Shown: positions 59,422 through 64,000 of the stretch, piece by piece
Layout: the number at the start of each line of letters is the position of its first letter
Numbering within the stretch: the stretch's first letter is position 1
Virus record (IMG/VR): IMGVR_UViG_3300044858_002734
Direction: 5' to 3' (one strand)
DNA from: an uncultured virus (IMG/VR IMGVR_UViG_3300044858_002734)
Lineage: Duplodnaviria > Heunggongvirae > Uroviricota > Caudoviricetes
DNA length: 64,000 bases
Made by a program: the position numbers and the translations under genes
The notes under the pieces: generated by a model
The model's input: the letters and a program-made list of their open reading frames with translations, nothing else
Databases searched by the model: none
What the model was told of the DNA's origin: nothing

Positions 59422-60327
59422 ATGAACACATATACAGATTTTCCTAATACTCCTCCTTTTGGCTACGGTTTTATCTACTTCCTACGATCTCCGTCAGGCA
59501 AGGCTTACATTGGGCAAACCTCCGTATCTATTAGCAAACGATTATATATGCACAATAAGAGCAATGGATGTCGTTTCCTATATGCTGCTATCAAAAAGTA
59601 CGGGTTAGAAAACTTCTTTGTTGGTGAAGTTGGTTGTTATCCGTTACAGGATTTAAATGACATGGAAGTTAGATTTATCAAAGAGTTTGATACGCTCGCA
59701 CCTTCCGGTTACAATTTAACAACTGGTGGTAATGCTAATCATAAATGCAGTGCCGAAGCTAGACGGAAAATGTCTGAGGCAAGTAAAGGTAAACCAAAAA
59801 GTGAGGAAGCCAGACAACGTATGCGTAAACCCAAAAGTGCGGAAGCCAGACAACGTATGCGTAAACCTAAAAGTCCTGAAGCTAGAAAACGAATGGCGGA
59901 GGCAAGACGTGGAAAACCCATGAGTGAAAACACTAGAGCGGCATTATTAAAAGCTAATATCGGTAATAAGTTATCGGAAGAAACTAAGCGGAAAATAGCA
60001 GCAACTAAACTAGGTAATCCTCATGGTGTAGGCATAGGCAAACCCATGAGTGCGGCAGCCAGAGCAGGACTATTAAAATTCCATATTGGCAATCATCTTT
60101 CTGCGGAAACTAAACAGAAAATATCAGCCGCAAAAACTGGAATGAAGTACAAAATGACTGATAAGCCACGGAAAAAGTTGAGTGCAGAAACTAAGATGCG
60201 GATGTCTAAACCAAAAAGTGCGGAACATAAACGGAGAATGAAAGAAGGTTGGTTATTACGGCGATTACGGAAACAAGACGCATTACCATTTTTCCCCAAT
60301 GCGGATGTTTTGCCTAAAAGTTCATAA
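59422..60327 (+). CDS. Free-standing GIY-YIG homing endonuclease with NUMOD3-like repeats
   Basis: GFIY...YIGQT, R, E, GYN; repeated SEE(T/A)R.KMS / KPKS. Confidence 0.9.
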   Translation: MNTYTDFPNTPPFGYGFIYFLRSPSGKAYIGQTSVSISKRLYMHNKSNGCRFLYAAIKKYGLENFFVGEVGCYPLQDLNDMEVRFIKEFDTLAPSGYNLTTGGNANHKCSAEARRKMSEASKGKPKSEEARQRMRKPKSAEARQRMRKPKSPEARKRMAEARRGKPMSENTRAALLKANIGNKLSEETKRKIAATKLGNPHGVGIGKPMSAAARAGLLKFHIGNHLSAETKQKISAAKTGMKYKMTDKPRKKLSAETKMRMSKPKSAEHKRRMKEGWLLRRLRKQDALPFFPNADVLPKSS

Positions 60328-60715
60328 AAGTATAGGTTCCCCCCTTTTTAAGAAAAGATGTCCCCTTAACAATCCCCTTAGAAAAGAACTTATAATACTA
60401 ATCCCCCCTCCTAGGTTATAGAAATATGATACAATCTCCCATGTATTTGGTACTGTATCATCTTGAAGTTTATTATTTATATACACATACGCACGTGTAG
60501 GCGCGTATTGGTAATAGGGTGATTTTGATTTAGGCGGTTTTTCATAGGTGATTTTCCGCTTGTGGAGTGTTTGTGGTGGGGATTGGATGAACCTAGATGC
60601 CATTTAAACCGCACCAGATAGGCCAAAATCGGCGTTTTAGCGTGTACCCCTTATCCTTTCAAGGGTCTAGTGCCAAAACGCGCGTTTTGGGGCGTTTCCG
60701 TTCGATTTGACATAA

Positions 60716-60976
60716 TTACCATGATCCACTACTTCCGCCGTCATCCAGTACCGTGCCTTCTGTGTATTTTGCGGCATAAATTGTTTCATCCATCGCAAGA
60801 CGGATTGCAGCACTAACTTGTTCTTCAATGTCTAACTCACCATCAGACATCTGAACTTCCGTAGCATCTGGTCTAATCGCAGTTACATTCGCTGCATCAC
60901 GTTCAATATCTATGCGGATAGACCATCCATCAGTAAGATTCCCACAAGCTGATTCAATTCTTTGCTCTAGCGTCAT
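60716..60976 (-). CDS. Hypothetical protein
   Basis: ORF in leftward array. Confidence 0.6.
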   Translation of the reverse strand: MTLEQRIESACGNLTDGWSIRIDIERDAANVTAIRPDATEVQMSDGELDIEEQVSAAIRLAMDETIYAAKYTEGTVLDDGGSSGSW

Positions 60977-60999
60977 ACAGTCACCTGTTCAGTTTTAAG

Positions 61000-61464
61000 T
61001 TAAAGGTTTTCCAAATCTACAAGCGGCATATCTTCTGGTTTTTTCAGGTACGTTTCATCCGAATGTTGCACACAACTATTATTTGTAGTCATATCTGATA
61101 GTTCCTGCATATCCTTACTGCTGTCTGCATACTTGTCTGTGAGTAGCTTCTTAGTAAGTGCAAATGAGCGTTTCCTGTGTGTTCTGAATGTAGTCATATA
61201 CTGCTTTGTTGCTGTGATTATTACTTCCCATACTTCCTGTCCCTCAACTGGAATATCAGGCTTATAGTCTCCGTCTGAAACTATAAACAATATCTGGTTC
61301 TTTACCAGTCTGCCTACAATTTCAGGTGGCAAGTTCAGTAAGCTATCAAATACAGGCTGCGGTATGATAGACAGTAAGTGCCGCTCATTAAACTTGCTGT
61401 ATACTACACAGCGACGTGCAGTATTGCTAAACGAATAAGGTGTTTTGTTTGCTCTTTTAGGCAT
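61000..61464 (-). CDS. DUF6291-like protein (replication-initiator N-terminal type)
   Basis: L..L..E..GRL pattern, charged tail. Confidence 0.45.
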   Translation of the reverse strand: MPKRANKTPYSFSNTARRCVVYSKFNERHLLSIIPQPVFDSLLNLPPEIVGRLVKNQILFIVSDGDYKPDIPVEGQEVWEVIITATKQYMTTFRTHRKRSFALTKKLLTDKYADSSKDMQELSDMTTNNSCVQHSDETYLKKPEDMPLVDLENL

Positions 61465-61666
61465 TAGTTACCTGCTTACTTGCTTCGGCGAGTATCATTG
61501 CAATAAGGATGCGATCTCTACGTGCAATGTGTTGATTTGCAATACCCAACCAACCTTCAATACTTCCGTGTGTTTCTGCGTTCTGTTGTGCCAGCCCAAG
61601 TGCCCATTCTACATCCTTTTCCGCTTCCTGCAACTTGAACTCCAGATTGGTTATTGTGTTAGGCAT
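61457..61666 (-). CDS. Hypothetical protein
   Basis: ORF in array. Confidence 0.55.
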   Translation of the reverse strand: MPNTITNLEFKLQEAEKDVEWALGLAQQNAETHGSIEGWLGIANQHIARRDRILIAMILAEASKQVTNA

Positions 61667-61669
61667 TAG

Positions 61670-61966
61670 TTATCCCTTGCCCCCTTCCGCTTCGGCGCGT
61701 ATCGCGGAATTGTCGGTGTGAAACTGCTTTCCGGCAACACGATCCCACAGCAGCCAGTAATCGTCTCGCAGCGTCTCGTAGTCAGGAGGATTATCGAGGT
61801 CGTCATGCCGCGAAAGTCCATCCACCTGCCGCTCGGCAAGCTCCTTCGCGGCGGTCATGGCCGCAAGCTCGCGCTCCAGTGTTGCGGCGTGCCTTTTCAT
61901 TCCGTTGTATCCCGCGTCTTCCCTGTCATGCACGGCGTCCGTTCTCGGTGTCTCGCTCATAATCAT
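61670..61966 (-). CDS. Hypothetical protein (S.TPRTDA...LERELAA family)
   Basis: Motif common in phage hypotheticals; GC-rich. Confidence 0.65.
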   Translation of the reverse strand: MIMSETPRTDAVHDREDAGYNGMKRHAATLERELAAMTAAKELAERQVDGLSRHDDLDNPPDYETLRDDYWLLWDRVAGKQFHTDNSAIRAEAEGGKG

Positions 61967-62157
61967 CCCCCTTTTCGGATTTGTCCTATCTGCTCGCGTA
62001 CCCGAAATGCCTTTCTGATACGCTGATACACTTTGTCAATACTTGCTCTCTTCATCCGCAATGGCAGGCGGTAGGTATACTCGACATACCCATCATCAAT
62101 GGATATGAGAAACATACCCATCGGCTCACCATTAGGTTTAATATCTTGTTTACTCAT
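61963..62157 (-). CDS. Hypothetical protein
   Basis: ORF with overlapping start/stop. Confidence 0.55.
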   Translation of the reverse strand: MSKQDIKPNGEPMGMFLISIDDGYVEYTYRLPLRMKRASIDKVYQRIRKAFRVREQIGQIRKGG

Positions 62158-62543
62158 TAGTTTCTCCGTCCTACCATATCACGCAGGTCACATGCAACAG
62201 TCTTGGATTCAAGCACTACATCACGTATAAAACACATACCACAGTTACTGCCTAGCCATTGAATAATTGTAGCAGCTATCGTAGCATCCCTTTGTGTAGC
62301 GTCAGGTATCAAAGTTTCAAGTATATTGTGATCTGAACCTCTTACTGAACCATCATTCTGTTTTTGCCATTGTTTAGCAAAAGCAACTTCCCGTGGATTA
62401 CCAGCAGTTACAGATAATCTGTTTGCTGACAGTCCTACATGTTTTAGCCTTAGTGCATTAGCCGCTAGGTATAGACGTGTATGCTCATCCAGACATTCAT
62501 AGCATGTATCGTAGAAGTTACCGTGTTTACATTGAGTAGCCAT
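62157..62543 (-). CDS. Conserved hypothetical protein
   Basis: NPRE.AFA..W...AAT.IQWLGSN.G..F. Confidence 0.7.
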   Translation of the reverse strand: MATQCKHGNFYDTCYECLDEHTRLYLAANALRLKHVGLSANRLSVTAGNPREVAFAKQWQKQNDGSVRGSDHNILETLIPDATQRDATIAATIIQWLGSNCGMCFIRDVVLESKTVACDLRDMVGRRN

Positions 62544-62992
62544 AATCTGCTCCTTTATGCGTTTGTTAGTCTTTCAATTTCCGCAGCAGTTAGGTGATTT
62601 CGCTTAGTTGTAAGCAAGTAGATTCGTGTACTTTCATACTCGTCCTGTGGCAGTAACGGCCATATCTTTAAGTTATGTGTTTTCATAGAGTTCCTTATTG
62701 ATAATTTCTTCCCATTTATCACAAAGTTCTTTTCGTACCCTTTTCGTTGTTTTCGCTGTAATGGTAGCCACAATTTTCTGTACAATCTGTTTTGCAATAT
62801 CTTTCATAGTTACTTCCTTTTGCTGATTTCGTGTGCCCATGACATTCTGATTTTCTCATCAAGATACTTCCATGTATGCGATGACCAACCTGTCTTGTAC
62901 CCGTGTTGTATTAGGAATCGTTCTTTGTCTTGCCATCCGGTTTCATTCCAGCGGACAGATGGTGAATTGTCGTTCATGTTTTCCTTTCAAAA

Positions 62993-63070
62993 TGGTAGGC
63001 GTTAAGGGATTTGAACCTATGACCAAGATGGTATAAGCATCCTGCGCTAACCAGACTGCGCTAAACGACC
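62993..63070 (-). tRNA. tRNA-Ile(TAT), with stem mismatches
   Basis: D arm GCGC-AGTCTGGTTA-GCGC, anticodon arm GGATG-CTTATAC-CATCT, GGTTCAAATCC, 3' ACCA. Confidence 0.75.
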
Positions 63071-63203
63071 ATTAAATTACCGAATCATATAGCTTAGAAT
63101 TCCAGCGGCCATAGAGTACATAATTTTAAGTACTGCCCCACCAAGACAAATAAGGAAGAAACCTATGAGTGGCCAGACAAAGAATACATTGCCTAGATTA
63201 AAT

Positions 63204-63548
63204 TCAAATAACGGAATCATAGTTACCTCTGTTATGTGCAGATTCTAAATCTTCGGAGTCGCGCCATAATCTACTACCCAATGAACTGACTAGTTTAAAC
63301 TTTTCATCCTGTGTAAGACCATCCAGTTCACTAGCTATTACTTTAATACTAGCGCACGCTTCTGCTAACCAGATTCTAGCTTTATGTGAGTCAACCATAG
63401 TTTTAGTCCTCGGTTTTTCTAAAACATGTTCCCATGTATATTCCGGCAGTTCAGGGTATGGGTACATGGTAATTCGTGTTAAAGTTAAGACATGCCCATT
63501 AGGGTAGATAATCTTAGTGCCAAGTGGATAATTATCTGTACTTTTCAT
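63204..63548 (-). CDS. Hypothetical protein
   Basis: ATGA overlap with primase. Confidence 0.6.
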   Translation of the reverse strand: MKSTDNYPLGTKIIYPNGHVLTLTRITMYPYPELPEYTWEHVLEKPRTKTMVDSHKARIWLAEACASIKVIASELDGLTQDEKFKLVSSLGSRLWRDSEDLESAHNRGNYDSVI

Positions 63549-64000
63549 TTAATCAGTTTCCTTATCTCGTTCGCATCATCCTCATTCATATCACCGGGGT
63601 CATCTGCATTACTGCCCTTGCAAGTTATCACATACGACTTATGCCCTTTAATCATAGCACAGGTTTCTGCTAGACTTCTAGCCCTTTGTTGTGCTTCAAC
63701 TTCGGGGTCATAAAGTATATAACTAACCTTGTAGTTACGACCTATCAACTCAGCTTGTTCTGGTTTCCATCCTGTGCCTAGTGTAGCAAGACAACCACCA
63801 CCAATACGCCAAGCATCAAACACCCCTTCCACAACGACTACTGCATCCTTAGTAGCCCGTTGCATACCATAGACGCATTTCTTGTTATCATATACCTCCT
63901 TGTCGGGCATACATGTTAGGTATCGGTTCTTATCGTGCCCTGTAACATCACGACCAACGTAACTAACATACCGCCCACCATTCCAGATAGGTGCGATTAC
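63545..64000 (-). CDS. DNA primase (TOPRIM), 5' part beyond the window
   Basis: Frame open to 64000; VVVEGVFDA, ATLG, YDP, DPGD. Confidence 0.88.
   Translation of the reverse strand, partial: VIAPIWNGGRYVSYVGRDVTGHDKNRYLTCMPDKEVYDNKKCVYGMQRATKDAVVVVEGVFDAWRIGGGCLATLGTGWKPEQAELIGRNYKVSYILYDPEVEAQQRARSLAETCAMIKGHKSYVITCKGSNADDPGDMNEDDANEIRKLIK

Noticed and set aside
1..64000. Stop-codon reassignment
   Set aside because: Long genes are intact under code 11 and TAA, TAG and TGA all end genes
1..64000. Integrase/repressor lysogeny module
   Set aside because: None recognised in this window; lifestyle cannot be settled because the genome extends beyond both edges

Overview
This window is most of the genome of a tailed dsDNA phage (siphovirus-like, standard genetic code), cut inside genes at both edges. 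1-5.0 kb holds small leftward early-type genes. 5.0-7.4 kb is a largely non-coding control region with sigma54-type promoters, IHF sites and repeats. 7.5-31.1 kb is a rightward morphogenesis operon: terminase, portal, protease/scaffold, capsid, neck, tail tube, chaperones, tape measure, baseplate, fibres and membrane/lipoproteins. 31.1-64 kb is a leftward replication and nucleotide module: resolvase, split SbcC plus SbcD, ThyX, three DNA methyltransferases, RecA, gp32-like SSB, UvsY-like protein, clamp loader, a ligase-like protein lacking its catalytic Lys, UDG-fused Pol A, beta clamp, DnaB, primase, two tRNAs and a GIY-YIG endonuclease. The most notable observations are: (i) several tail-module proteins carry signal peptides and are strongly Thr-Asn enriched, and one gene ends in a PVC-type C-terminal domain, suggesting a Verrucomicrobiota/Kiritimatiellota host and possibly periplasmic maturation of virion parts; (ii) unexplained structured RNAs, two ending in stem+N+CCA; (iii) a sigma54/IHF/enhancer-like early control region; (iv) a three-copy phage-specific promoter-like motif. 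All family calls come from motif recognition by eye, not database searches.
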